From Gemmatimonadota bacterium (lineage in GTDB: Bacteria > Latescibacterota > UBA2968), in contig JAPOXY010000082.1 of the NCBI GenBank assembly GCA_026706845.1, forward strand, positions 15,779 to 79,778: 64,000 nt of DNA, read 5' to 3'. Every line of letters starts with the position of its first letter. The stretch's first letter is position 1. The notes beneath the pieces are model-generated. The model had not been told where the DNA came from. It saw only the letters and a list, made by a program, of their open reading frames with translations, and made no database searches. Made by a program: the position numbers and the translations under genes. Below are positions 19,278-28,555 of the stretch, piece after piece.

Positions 19278-20216
19278 TCACTGTTTCGCCTGTGCCTCAG
19301 TATCCGATCTGGCACATCGAAAACCCAGAGAAGGATAGGTTTTATCGGGCTTTTCACCCCGCCGTCGAGCCATGTGGATATGTGGGGCACTCCAGCCCCC
19401 ACCCCTTATAACGCGCTTTTTTCCCGCCTCTGGCCCCGTGGGATTGTGGAGCGGGGAGACACGATAATATCCTTCGTCAAACCAATCCCAGCACCACTCC
19501 CATACATTGCCCGACATATCGAGTAACCCTTCACTGGTAGCACCTTCGGGGAAGGTTCCCACAGGCAGCGGACGCCGGTTCCGAGTCTCCCGGGTATTTG
19601 TCCTCGTGACGTCAAAACGGTCGCCCCAGGGATAAAGACGGCTTTTTGCCCCCCGTGCTGCGCGTTCCCACTCTGCTTCAGTGGGCAGTCGTTTCCCCTT
19701 CCATGAACAATAGGCATTGGCGTCATGCCACGAAACACCCACAACGGGTTGGTTGGGATCGTTGTATTTGGTCTCGCCCCAATATCTGGGAGTTGCATGC
19801 CCTGTGCTCGTCACAAATTCGCGGTACTGAGCATTGGTTACTTCGCGTGTATCGACCCAATACGCATCGAGATAAACCTTGTGTACAGGCGCGTTTTTAT
19901 CTCGGGTATCTCCCATGAGAAAATCGCCTGCGGGAATTTGCACCTCCATTTTACCCGTACTATCGGAAGACACTGCCGTGCGAGACCTGTACCGTTCAAA
20001 AGGAGAACGTCCATCAATCGTCTTGATACTCAATTTGGAAATTTCGATCCGGCTGGAAGAAAGCTGAAGCGTAATAGAAGTCGCGGTCTCCCGAATCAGT
20101 TCGCCTCGCACAACGCGACCCGATTTGAGAACGACCTCAACGGCCTCAGTTGTATCGACCAGGCCTGATAACACCCCAAATACGATCAAAAATACTCCCG
20201 TAATATACCGCCGCAT
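19278..20216 (-). CDS. secreted FGE-sulfatase (SUMF1-like) domain protein lacking the FGE catalytic cysteine motif
   Basis: Signal peptide, then a ~90 aa beta-rich N-domain, then FGE-sulfatase fold motifs (YWVDTREVTNAQYREFV, GVSWHDANAYCSWKGKRLPTEAEWERAARG, GNVWEWCWDWF, GFRCARS). There is no CHxSYC-like pair near the C-terminus. Confidence 0.8.
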   Translation of the reverse strand: MRRYITGVFLIVFGVLSGLVDTTEAVEVVLKSGRVVRGELIRETATSITLQLSSSRIEISKLSIKTIDGRSPFERYRSRTAVSSDSTGKMEVQIPAGDFLMGDTRDKNAPVHKVYLDAYWVDTREVTNAQYREFVTSTGHATPRYWGETKYNDPNQPVVGVSWHDANAYCSWKGKRLPTEAEWERAARGAKSRLYPWGDRFDVTRTNTRETRNRRPLPVGTFPEGATSEGLLDMSGNVWEWCWDWFDEGYYRVSPLHNPTGPEAGKKRVIRGGGWSAPHIHMARRRGEKPDKTYPSLGFRCARSDTEAQAKQ

Positions 20217-20321
20217 ATTGCCTCCTTGGCGATTGGATTATCGCTTTTTGGTCGCAACTTTGAAAGTAATCATTTCGCGGTATTTTGTCCAGTCCCGCAA
20301 AACATACCCAAAGTGTAAACA

Positions 20322-20351
20322 TAAAAAAGCCCAACCTTAAAAGGCTGGGCT
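20322..20351 (-). terminator. rho-independent terminator downstream of the HU gene
   Basis: Minus-strand reading AGCCCAGCCTTttAAGGTTGGGCTtttttt: 11-bp stem (one mismatch) followed by a U-tract. Confidence 0.75.
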
Positions 20352-20380
20352 CTGCGACGGTTCCCTAAATGCGACAATTG

Positions 20381-20698
20381 CTAAACCATGTCTTTCAGTT
20401 TTTTGAGGGCTGAAATTCTTACACCCTGCGAAGCGGGTTTGGCTGCAATTGTTATTTTTTCGCCCGTGAAGGGATTGACGCCCTCTCGTTCTGCGCGGGC
20501 CGGTTTTTCGACCCTTTTGATTTTGAGCAGACCAGGCAACACAAATTCACCGACAGAACCTGCTGTGATATGGCTCTCAATGGCACTGCCCAACCCATCG
20601 AGAACGCTACCCACATCTTTTTTGCTCAGACCGGTACTTTCTGCGATCGCGCTTACAATTTGGGCTTTGCTCCATCGTTTTGTTACAGCTTGCGACAT
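20381..20698 (-). CDS. HU/IHF family DNA-binding protein
   Basis: 105 aa; GEFVLPGLLKIKRVEKPARAEREGVNPFTGEKITIAAKP has the beta-arm signature. Confidence 0.9.
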   Translation of the reverse strand: MSQAVTKRWSKAQIVSAIAESTGLSKKDVGSVLDGLGSAIESHITAGSVGEFVLPGLLKIKRVEKPARAEREGVNPFTGEKITIAAKPASQGVRISALKKLKDMV

Positions 20699-20779
20699 AA
20701 TTCTCTCCCTTTGTGAAAATGGTTATAATCTCAAACCTAATGCCTCCACGAAGGCAGATAGGTCGAAGGCTATGTCTTA

Positions 20780-20809
20780 ATTATAGTCCAGCATGCTTTG
20801 ATTTGTCAA
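20780..20809 (-). promoter_or_regulatory. consensus sigma70 promoter for the HU gene
   Basis: Minus strand reads TTGACA-18 nt-TATAAT (both perfect hexamers). A ~70-nt leader with a 6-bp hairpin precedes the start codon. Confidence 0.6.
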
Positions 20810-20848
20810 GTATAGATTACCCATTCCTCATTTTTTGTGTCTTTTAGC

Positions 20849-21832
20849 CTACTCCACCCAAATATCCGGGCGTGTATCCACCCCGTAACTCTCAAATATC
20901 GCATCAATAGCACGCTTATCGTCTTCGGATAACGCCACCTCCAATGCCCCCATATTCGACACCACCTCCTCGGGTTTACGCACGCCAACCAGTGCGGTGC
21001 TGATTACGGGATTGGACAACACCCACGCCAGCGCAAGGTGATACACCTCTGTGCCGAGGTCTGCTGCCATCTGTTTTAACGCTTCCACCACCTTCAAATT
21101 GCGCGGGAAATTCTCTTCGGTAAACAAAGGCATATTAAACAACCCACCCTTAGACCGCCAATCTTCTGCGTCGAATGTCGTATTCTCATCAAATGCCCCG
21201 GCGAGCAACCCATGCGCCAGAGATCCATATCCCATCATCCCAATACCGTGCGCTTCGCAATAGGGAAAAACATCCCTCTCCATACGCCGATCAAACATGT
21301 GATAGCCGTATTGCCCCACATCCACCCGCCGCGTCTTCATGCACGCATCGATCTCTTCTGCCTTGAAATTCGATACCCCTCCAAAGCGCACCTTACCCTG
21401 CTGAATCAAATCTTCCAGCACCTGCATAGGCTCTTCAAAAGGCGTGTGCCGATCGGGCCAGTGAATCAAATAGACATCGACATAATCCGTATTCAAAAAC
21501 CGCAAACTATTCTCTACCGACGCCATAATCCGCTTCCTGCGACTGTCGCGCCCCTTTTCCCGTCCCGAATCCGTATATCCAATACCGACCTTTGTCACCA
21601 CAATCACATCCTTGCGTCGATTCCCAAGCCCGCGCGCGAGCAAAGCCTCTGATTTTCCCTTTCCATAGCCTTCGGCCGTATCAAAGCAATTAATTCCCAA
21701 ATCCAGTGCCTTGTGAATGCCCTCAATCACTTCGCCTTCCTCAAAATAACCATAATTCCCACCGAGTTCCCAGCACCCAAACCCAATCGCCGAAACATCC
21801 AATCCCGTCTTTCCAAACGGCCTGTATTCCAT
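20849..21832 (-). CDS. aldo/keto reductase
   Basis: MEYRPFGKTGLDVSAIGFGCWELGG..; AKR TIM-barrel motifs throughout. Confidence 0.85.
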   Translation of the reverse strand: MEYRPFGKTGLDVSAIGFGCWELGGNYGYFEEGEVIEGIHKALDLGINCFDTAEGYGKGKSEALLARGLGNRRKDVIVVTKVGIGYTDSGREKGRDSRRKRIMASVENSLRFLNTDYVDVYLIHWPDRHTPFEEPMQVLEDLIQQGKVRFGGVSNFKAEEIDACMKTRRVDVGQYGYHMFDRRMERDVFPYCEAHGIGMMGYGSLAHGLLAGAFDENTTFDAEDWRSKGGLFNMPLFTEENFPRNLKVVEALKQMAADLGTEVYHLALAWVLSNPVISTALVGVRKPEEVVSNMGALEVALSEDDKRAIDAIFESYGVDTRPDIWVE

Positions 21833-21862
21833 ATCAGACCTCCAGATAAAAATATTGTTTAA

Positions 21863-22654
21863 TCACCGCCCCATCCATCCGCCATCTACCGTCAAAATCG
21901 CACCATTGACATAATTGGCCGCATCCGAACACAAAAACACACATGCGCCTTTCAAATCATCCGGCTGTCCCCATCGCCCCTGCGGAATGCGCGTCAAAAT
22001 TTGCTCGGAACGGACAGAATCACTGCGCAGGGCTTCTGTATTATCCGTTGCAATATAACCCGGCGCAATAGCATTGACATTCACTCCCTTGCTCGCCCAC
22101 TCATTTGACAGCGCCATCGTCAAAGTCGCGATACCCCCTTTGGCCGCGGCGTAACCCGGCACAGTAATACCCCCTTGAAAACTCAGCAACGACGCTGTAA
22201 AAACAATTTTGCCACCTCCGCGTGCCACCATCTCCTTGCCAAACTCGCGTGCGAGAACAAATTGGGCATTCAAATTTACCTCAATCACTCGATCCCAGTA
22301 TTCATCGGGATGATCCGCCGCTGGTTCCCGCAAAATCGTACCCGCATTATTCACCAATATATCGACCTGAGCGACATCTGCTTTCACCTGTGCTATAAAC
22401 GCTCGCAAAGTATCTCGATCGGAAAAATCACACGCATAAGGGCGGAAACTACGACCCAATCCGGTAATATCCCCCTCCACCTCACTACCCGAAGCCAGCG
22501 ATGCACTCACCCCCACAATATCGGCACCTGCCTCGGCCAACCCCTGGGCAAAAGCGCGCCCAATACCGCGCCGACACCCCGTCACCAGTGCAGTCTTGCC
22601 GCTCAAATCAAACTTATCCAAAATTCCCATAATAACCCCTGTTACGCCTGACAA
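21863..22654 (-). CDS. SDR family oxidoreductase (KduD/2-deoxy-D-gluconate 3-dehydrogenase-like)
   Basis: LSGKTALVTGCRRGIGRAFA..NNAG..YAAAKGG (TGxxxGxG, NNAG, YxxxK). Confidence 0.8.
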   Translation of the reverse strand: MSGVTGVIMGILDKFDLSGKTALVTGCRRGIGRAFAQGLAEAGADIVGVSASLASGSEVEGDITGLGRSFRPYACDFSDRDTLRAFIAQVKADVAQVDILVNNAGTILREPAADHPDEYWDRVIEVNLNAQFVLAREFGKEMVARGGGKIVFTASLLSFQGGITVPGYAAAKGGIATLTMALSNEWASKGVNVNAIAPGYIATDNTEALRSDSVRSEQILTRIPQGRWGQPDDLKGACVFLCSDAANYVNGAILTVDGGWMGR

Positions 22655-23658
22655 TCTAAAAGCACCTTCATCACTTCGCCACCCGCCACCATCTGTTCAA
22701 ACCCTTTTGCCGCATCATCCAGTGGTAGCGTATCTGTAATCAGCGCTTTTACATCAACTGCGCCAGACGCCGCCAATCGAATTGCCCGCTCAAAATCTAT
22801 GGGTTCGTACACGCGACACCCCACCAGATGCAATTCCCGCCAAAAAAATCGCTGCAAATCCACAGGCGGTGGTTCAGCGTGTACCCCAACCAGCACAATG
22901 GTTCCGCGAACCCGGGCCAACTCAGTCATAACCTTTGCGCCGGGCGCACTGCCGCTAACTTCAAACACGAGATCCGCACCTGCGCCCCCGGTCCAATCTT
23001 CTGTATATGCCAGAAGATCTGTCTCCAATGGATTCACAATCTCAAAGCCCAATGCCCTCGCCTTTGCCAAACGAAAGGGATTCACTTCGGAAACCACCAC
23101 CTCGGCCCCATCCAATCGCGCCGCCATTGCAACCAGCATCCCAATCGGACCACCGCCAATCACAACCGCGCGATCACCCAATTCCACTTTTGCACGCCGA
23201 ACATCGTGGACAGCGACCGCAAGCGGTTCAATAAGCGCGCCAGCATCGTCGTCCAGTGCATCGGGTACGCGGTGCAGGCGGTCGAGAGGTGCATTCCAAA
23301 AAGCCTGAAATGCCCCTGCAGAGTCAATACCTAAAAAATTCAGATTCTGACAAACATGACGATGCCCCCGTCGGCAAGCCGCACATGCGCCACATGCCAC
23401 TGTGGGTTCAACCACCACGCGATCCCCCACTTTGAACCCGGCATCTTTTGTAACATCTACAATTTCGCCGCACATCTCGTGCCCCATCACCAGGGGAATT
23501 TGCACCCGCTGATCCATATGCCCCTGATAAACATGCAAATCCGTACCGCACAAACCCGCCCGTGCCACCTTGATGAGCACCTCATCATCACCTGGTTTGG
23601 GTTCCGCAATATCGCGCAATTCAACCCGCTCGGGACCCAGATAAACAGACGCCTTCAT
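22642..23658 (-). CDS. zinc-dependent alcohol dehydrogenase family (threonine/sorbitol dehydrogenase-like)
   Basis: MKASVYLGPERVELRDIAEPKPGDDEVLIKVARAGLCGTDLHVYQG..GHEMCGEIVDV; structural-Zn Cys cluster and GxGxxG. Confidence 0.85.
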   Translation of the reverse strand: MKASVYLGPERVELRDIAEPKPGDDEVLIKVARAGLCGTDLHVYQGHMDQRVQIPLVMGHEMCGEIVDVTKDAGFKVGDRVVVEPTVACGACAACRRGHRHVCQNLNFLGIDSAGAFQAFWNAPLDRLHRVPDALDDDAGALIEPLAVAVHDVRRAKVELGDRAVVIGGGPIGMLVAMAARLDGAEVVVSEVNPFRLAKARALGFEIVNPLETDLLAYTEDWTGGAGADLVFEVSGSAPGAKVMTELARVRGTIVLVGVHAEPPPVDLQRFFWRELHLVGCRVYEPIDFERAIRLAASGAVDVKALITDTLPLDDAAKGFEQMVAGGEVMKVLLDCQA

Positions 23659-23819
23659 CTCACCTCCGCAATAACCCTTGAAATTCAGGGCTTTGTAATG
23701 TATAATTCATAAATCGCCGCCTGCAAGAGCCGATCGGAAAATCAAAACCGGTCGGCATTTATGATACTGCACAGAACCCAAAGAGTCAACTTAAAGCATC
23801 CAGGATTTTTTCATCCTCC

Positions 23820-26672
23820 ATGTCCATTCTCCACACCTACATAACCCTCGACCTCGAAACCACGGGTCTGAACCCGAAAGAAGCCGAAATAATCGAAATC
23901 GGTGCTGTCAAAGTCAAAGATGGCGAAATAGTCGATCGCTTTCAGACTTATGTGCGCCCCCAAATGGGTGTACCCGAAGAAACAACGCGCCTGACGGGCA
24001 TCGCATTCAAAGACGTGAGAAACGCACCCCGCATCAACGCGGCAATCGAAAACTTTATGACCTTTGCCGGCGACCAGCCCCTCATCGTACACCAGGGCCG
24101 ATTTGAAACCCGCTTTTTATCTGAAGCCTCTGGCCTGCCCTTTGGCAACAACATACACAGCGTGCGCGATCTCGCGCGGATTGCCCTGCCCAATTTATCC
24201 GATCATCGGGCGAATACGCTCGCGGACTACTTTGAAGTCGCATCCTCAGCAGCACACAAAGCACTTTGCGATGCCGAGCAACTCGCAGGCATATACCCGG
24301 GCGTCATCGAGGTCTTGCGCGAAACATCATTGCAAACAAAACAAAACATACTGCGGCTTTTGCAAGGCACAAATAGCCCCTTGCTCAACATCTTTGTCGA
24401 TCTGGGCAATGAAGCGGTCAAAAGCGAATTTATGAACCGCATTCGCGGTGGAGGAGCAGATGGCCTTCCTCTATCCAATGTGGGTGGCGAAGAACTCCGA
24501 GCGGAAACAGAGGCCAGTGAAGAACCCCTCGACATCGACATGCTCTGCACCCTGTTTGAATCCGGCGGCACATTTGACCGTCAAACCGAAGGATATGAAG
24601 TGCGTACCGAACAGATCGAAATGGTACGCGCCATTGCCGATGCCTTCAACAACAACCATCTCCTCGTCGCCGAAGCCGGCACAGGCGTGGGCAAATCCAT
24701 GGCCTATCTCACCCCGGCCATTCACCACGCCGTACAAAATGACCGCCGCGTCATTGTTTCCACCAATACCAAAAATCTTCAGGAACAATTGTTCTTCAAA
24801 GACCTGCCCCACCTCGAACGCATCCTGAATGTACCCTTCAGCTATGTCCTGCTCAAAGGTCGCAGCAACTATATATGCCTCAATCGGTGGCATGCCGCAC
24901 TCGCCAATATCGAAACCTTCTTTACCGAAGACGAGCGCGAAGGCGCTTTACCCCTCGTTATATGGGCAGAACAAACGCAAACCGGTGACATTTCGGAAAA
25001 CAACGGCTTTGATATGCGTCGCTATGCTGGTCTCTGGTCAAAAGTGTGTTCCGACTCGGGGTATTGCCGCTCGCAAAAGTGCCGCACCAACGGACAGTGC
25101 TTTGCCAACGCCGTGCGCCGTTCTGCCCAAAAAGCACATATCGTAGTTATCAATCACTCCCTGCTCTTTTCCGACATCGTCTCGGAAAATGCCGTGCTGG
25201 GCGAATATGAAGACCTCATCCTGGACGAAGCCCACAACATCGAAAAAATTGCCGCACAATATTTGGGGTGCGAACTCAATATATGGCAAATCAAAAATTT
25301 TTCCGATCAACTGCGCAGTCCGGGTTTTCAGAGCACCGGCACCCTGCCCGCATTGCGTCACTGGATCGGTATAGCCGATCTCAAAGACAATATCTTCGCC
25401 ACCTTTGACAAAGGCATTGGGCGGGCAGTGAACGCCGCCGAAGACATCTATCTCAAAGCGCAGACCTTTTTTCAAGACCTCACGGAATTTCTGTACAGCA
25501 AACAGGGCAGCCGCAAATTTTACTACACGCCAAAAGTGCGCTATCGCCCGGGTGAAAATACGTTTGAAGCGGTTGGTGAAAGTCTTGGGGACTTTGCCGA
25601 AGCGATCAAAGAACTCAACAACAACTTAAAAAATCTGTGCGATTGGCTCAAAGACTTGCCCGACGACACCTTTCCCAACCAGGACGAACTCGTCAACGAA
25701 CTCGACGGGCGCGCACAGGAATGCAGCGACCTGCTCGCAGCCCTCAACCACTTGACCCATCCCGAAGATGAACAATGCGTTTACTGGGTTGAATTGCCAA
25801 CCCGAGAAAACAGCAGTGACACGCGCCTGTTTTCTGCGCCTCTGCACGTCGCCGAAGTATTGCACAACGCACTCTACGACAAAATGCGTACCATCGTCTT
25901 CACATCGGCCACTCTGGGTATTCGCGGCAAACTCATCTACTTTCTTCAGCGCATGGGGCTCGACACCATGCCCGAAGAGCGCGTGCAAACGAGTTGTCTG
26001 GGTTCGCCCTTTGACTACAATTTACAAGCCCTCGTCTGCGTACCTCAATTTATGCCATCGCCCAAATCCCCTCATTTTCAACGCGCCGTTGACGATTTGT
26101 TGCGCCATCTCGCACGCAAAGTCGGACGGGGCACGCTGGCATTATTCACGTCCTACAGCATGCTCAACCAGTCTTATGACGCACTCAAAAACGATCTGTC
26201 GTCCGACGGCATCCTGCTCCTGGGACAGGGGATAGACGGCGCGCGCGGCAGCATTACCGACCGCTTTAAGACCCACCGCCGCGCAATGCTCCTGGGCACC
26301 GACAGTTTCTGGGAAGGGGTAGATATCCCCGGCGAAGCCCTCGAAATCCTGGGCATTATTCGCCTGCCTTTTGCCGTGCCATCTGAGCCCCTCGTTGCAG
26401 CGCACATGGAAGAACTCGAAAAACAGGGCAAAAATCCTTTTTTACACTACTCAGTCCCCGAAGCCATTCTCAAATTTCGCCAGGGTTTTGGCCGCCTGAT
26501 ACGCAACAAATCCGACAGAGGCATTGTCATCGTCTTCGACAGTCGGGTTTTATCCACCTTCTATGGACGGGCTTTTCTCGAAGCATTGCCAGTTCAACAT
26601 CGGGCGTTTCGAGCGCCAGACCATTTATTGCAAGCCATCAAAAGCTGGTTCGACAAAGCGAGCGCGTCGTGA
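23820..26672 (+). CDS. dinG: DinG-family ATP-dependent helicase fused to an N-terminal DnaQ-like 3'-5' exonuclease domain
   Basis: Exo I DLETTG, Exo II HQGRFETRF (variant of HNAxFD), Exo III HKALCDAEQ. Walker A AGTGVGKS, DEAH box LILDEAHN. 4-Cys cluster C-x5-C-x4-C-x5-C between motifs I and II. Confidence 0.85.
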   Translation: MSILHTYITLDLETTGLNPKEAEIIEIGAVKVKDGEIVDRFQTYVRPQMGVPEETTRLTGIAFKDVRNAPRINAAIENFMTFAGDQPLIVHQGRFETRFLSEASGLPFGNNIHSVRDLARIALPNLSDHRANTLADYFEVASSAAHKALCDAEQLAGIYPGVIEVLRETSLQTKQNILRLLQGTNSPLLNIFVDLGNEAVKSEFMNRIRGGGADGLPLSNVGGEELRAETEASEEPLDIDMLCTLFESGGTFDRQTEGYEVRTEQIEMVRAIADAFNNNHLLVAEAGTGVGKSMAYLTPAIHHAVQNDRRVIVSTNTKNLQEQLFFKDLPHLERILNVPFSYVLLKGRSNYICLNRWHAALANIETFFTEDEREGALPLVIWAEQTQTGDISENNGFDMRRYAGLWSKVCSDSGYCRSQKCRTNGQCFANAVRRSAQKAHIVVINHSLLFSDIVSENAVLGEYEDLILDEAHNIEKIAAQYLGCELNIWQIKNFSDQLRSPGFQSTGTLPALRHWIGIADLKDNIFATFDKGIGRAVNAAEDIYLKAQTFFQDLTEFLYSKQGSRKFYYTPKVRYRPGENTFEAVGESLGDFAEAIKELNNNLKNLCDWLKDLPDDTFPNQDELVNELDGRAQECSDLLAALNHLTHPEDEQCVYWVELPTRENSSDTRLFSAPLHVAEVLHNALYDKMRTIVFTSATLGIRGKLIYFLQRMGLDTMPEERVQTSCLGSPFDYNLQALVCVPQFMPSPKSPHFQRAVDDLLRHLARKVGRGTLALFTSYSMLNQSYDALKNDLSSDGILLLGQGIDGARGSITDRFKTHRRAMLLGTDSFWEGVDIPGEALEILGIIRLPFAVPSEPLVAAHMEELEKQGKNPFLHYSVPEAILKFRQGFGRLIRNKSDRGIVIVFDSRVLSTFYGRAFLEALPVQHRAFRAPDHLLQAIKSWFDKASAS

Positions 26673-28090
26673 ATACCAAACACCTGACTTCCATACGCGA
26701 GCCTCTGCGGAAATTGCTGGTACAAATTCCCCAGCGCAATCATCCGCTCGTCGGGCATGCATACCACTTCGCCAATGCCAGCCACGAAGGCCAGGACCGC
26801 GATGCCGGGCAACCGTATATTACCCATCCCATCGGCGTGGCACTCATCCTGGCTTCTGAATTGGGCTTTGCACGCGACGCGGAAATGATGGCAGCGGCAC
26901 TATTGCACGACGCCGTTGAAGACTCTGCCCTGACCCTTAACGACATTGAACCCACCTTTGGCAAAAACATTGCCACCCTCGTCAGTGGCGTCACAAAAGT
27001 AGAAGGATCAAAAGCCGGTCGCACTGCGCGGCGCATTGCCACCTTGCAACATCTGTTCACCCACGCCAGAAGAGACCCTCGCGTACTCATTCTCAAATTA
27101 GCTGACCGCATGTATAACATGCGCAGCCTCGACGGTATTTCAGAAATCGACAGGCGACAACGCATTGCGCGAGAAACCATTGATATATACGCGCCCCTAT
27201 CGCACTTGTTGGGCATGGCCCGTATTCGCCGCGAACTCGAAGACCGCAGTCTTTGCTGCCTTGAACCGCGTATCGCGAATCAGATACAGACGACATTTAG
27301 AACAGAACCAACCGGGCACCTCGTGAAATTCCAGGACACAATTCGCAACTTGCTCAACGCCAACGGCGTGCGGACAAGTGTGCGCGTGCAACAGAAAAGT
27401 TTGGGTAGCATTTACCGCAAAATGCAACATCGTCCCCTCAGTCAAATACAGGATCGCTACGCAGTCGAAGTCATTGTCTCGCGCCGTCGTCTGTGTTATT
27501 TGGCTCTGGGCATTCTGCACGAGCACTTCCTGCCCGTTATGGAGCGTTTCAAAGACTTTATTGCCCTGTCCAAACGCAATGGCTACCAGGCCCTGCATAC
27601 CAGTGTCCACCACAAGGACCAACGCTACGAAATCCACATTCAAACCCCTGCAATGCATCGCCTGGGCGAATTTGGCATCGCCGCATTGCGCGGAGACGTA
27701 CAGCACGAAGAGCGACGCACGCGCTGGTTACACGATTTTGTCGATTGGTACGACCGTGCCGATGCCTCCCATCACCTGATGACTGAACTCAAGCGCATCC
27801 TCTTTACCCGGGAAATTGTCGCACTCACCCCCAGAGGGGATCCCTTTATATTGCCCGAAGATGCGACCGTCGTCGATTTTGCCTTTGCCGTGCATACCGA
27901 CCTCGGCTTACAATGCAAAGGAGGCCGTATCAACGGCGCGCGGGCTTATCCGTTCTCCAAACTCGCCTGGGGCGACACCGTTGAAATTGACACCGACCCA
28001 GACCAACATCCCAAAAAGAGCTGGATCAGCCGCGTTAAAACCTACCGCGCCCGCCGTCACATCCAGCACCATCTCAATAGTCAAAAATAA
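26669..28090 (+). CDS. RelA/SpoT homologue with HD hydrolase, synthetase and TGS domains but no C-terminal regulatory half
   Basis: GTG start overlaps the dinG stop (GTGA). HD motif LLHDAVEDS..RVLILKLADRMYNMRSL; synthetase motifs SIYRKM, DRYAVEVIV, GYQALHTSV, YEIHIQT; TGS domain; protein ends ~30 aa after TGS (473 aa). Confidence 0.8.
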   Translation: MNTKHLTSIREPLRKLLVQIPQRNHPLVGHAYHFANASHEGQDRDAGQPYITHPIGVALILASELGFARDAEMMAAALLHDAVEDSALTLNDIEPTFGKNIATLVSGVTKVEGSKAGRTARRIATLQHLFTHARRDPRVLILKLADRMYNMRSLDGISEIDRRQRIARETIDIYAPLSHLLGMARIRRELEDRSLCCLEPRIANQIQTTFRTEPTGHLVKFQDTIRNLLNANGVRTSVRVQQKSLGSIYRKMQHRPLSQIQDRYAVEVIVSRRRLCYLALGILHEHFLPVMERFKDFIALSKRNGYQALHTSVHHKDQRYEIHIQTPAMHRLGEFGIAALRGDVQHEERRTRWLHDFVDWYDRADASHHLMTELKRILFTREIVALTPRGDPFILPEDATVVDFAFAVHTDLGLQCKGGRINGARAYPFSKLAWGDTVEIDTDPDQHPKKSWISRVKTYRARRHIQHHLNSQK

Positions 28091-28091
28091 T

Positions 28092-28409
28092 ATGCCTCGC
28101 TTTCTCTTATTTTTTGCCATTATCCTGATTTTTGCGTGTTCGGGAACCAATCCCGTTCTCGAAAGTCAAAAGGTGAAGGTCTCGCAAGCCCAAAAGACGC
28201 TGCGCGAAGAACGCATCCGCCTGCAAACCCTGCGCGACAGCCTGCAAAGCGAAATTCGCCGCAATATCGCCCTGGGCATCTCAAAAGAACAGGCAGAACA
28301 AATAGAACATGCCCGTATCAAAATTCAGGAAACCATTGTCGTGGCATCGGAGAGAAATTTGGCGGCGCAACGCGCATTGCTCGATTCCCTCACAAAATAT
28401 TCTCCCTGA
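28092..28409 (+). CDS. small coiled-coil lipoprotein
   Basis: MPRFLLFFAIILIFACSG lipobox, followed by a Q/R/E-rich helical region. Confidence 0.5.
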   Translation: MPRFLLFFAIILIFACSGTNPVLESQKVKVSQAQKTLREERIRLQTLRDSLQSEIRRNIALGISKEQAEQIEHARIKIQETIVVASERNLAAQRALLDSLTKYSP

Positions 28410-28434
28410 GGCTTTGTATTTACAAATATTTACA

Positions 28435-28469
28435 AATATTAACTTGCTCTAATAGCACAAATTTATCAT
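28435..28469 (+). promoter_or_regulatory. operator/promoter-like element copy 1 upstream of the DUF1800-DUF1501 operon
   Basis: aatattaacTTGCTCTAATAGCACAAatttatcat; contains a 17-bp imperfect dyad TTGCTCTA-A-TAGCACAA. Also reads as TTGCTC-17 nt-CATCAT (promoter-like). Confidence 0.45.
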
Positions 28470-28520
28470 CATAACTTATACCTGTATTTAATATCCAATA
28501 GCAAATATTTGTATGTCCAA

Positions 28521-28555
28521 AATATTAACTTGCTCTAATAGCACAAATTTGTCAT
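28521..28555 (+). promoter_or_regulatory. operator/promoter-like element copy 2 (34/35 identical to copy 1)
   Basis: aatattaacTTGCTCTAATAGCACAAatttgtcat, 86 bp downstream of copy 1. TTGCTC-17 nt-CATATT, with TTGACC immediately after. Preceded by the palindrome CAAATATTTG. Confidence 0.45.

Noticed and set aside
19278-20216. FGE-like protein as the maturase for the Cys-type sulfatase at 60682-62091
   Set aside because: The C-terminal region lacks the paired catalytic cysteines (CHxSYC-type) of genuine formylglycine-generating enzymes. The genes are 40 kb apart and on unrelated transcription units.
23659-23819. LexA/SOS box upstream of dinG
   Set aside because: Only a partial CTGCACAG and a 9-bp imperfect hairpin (GCCGATCGG..CCGGTCGGC) are present. 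Neither matches E. coli-type CTGT-N8-ACAG nor Cheo-box CGAAC-N4-GTTCG consensus.
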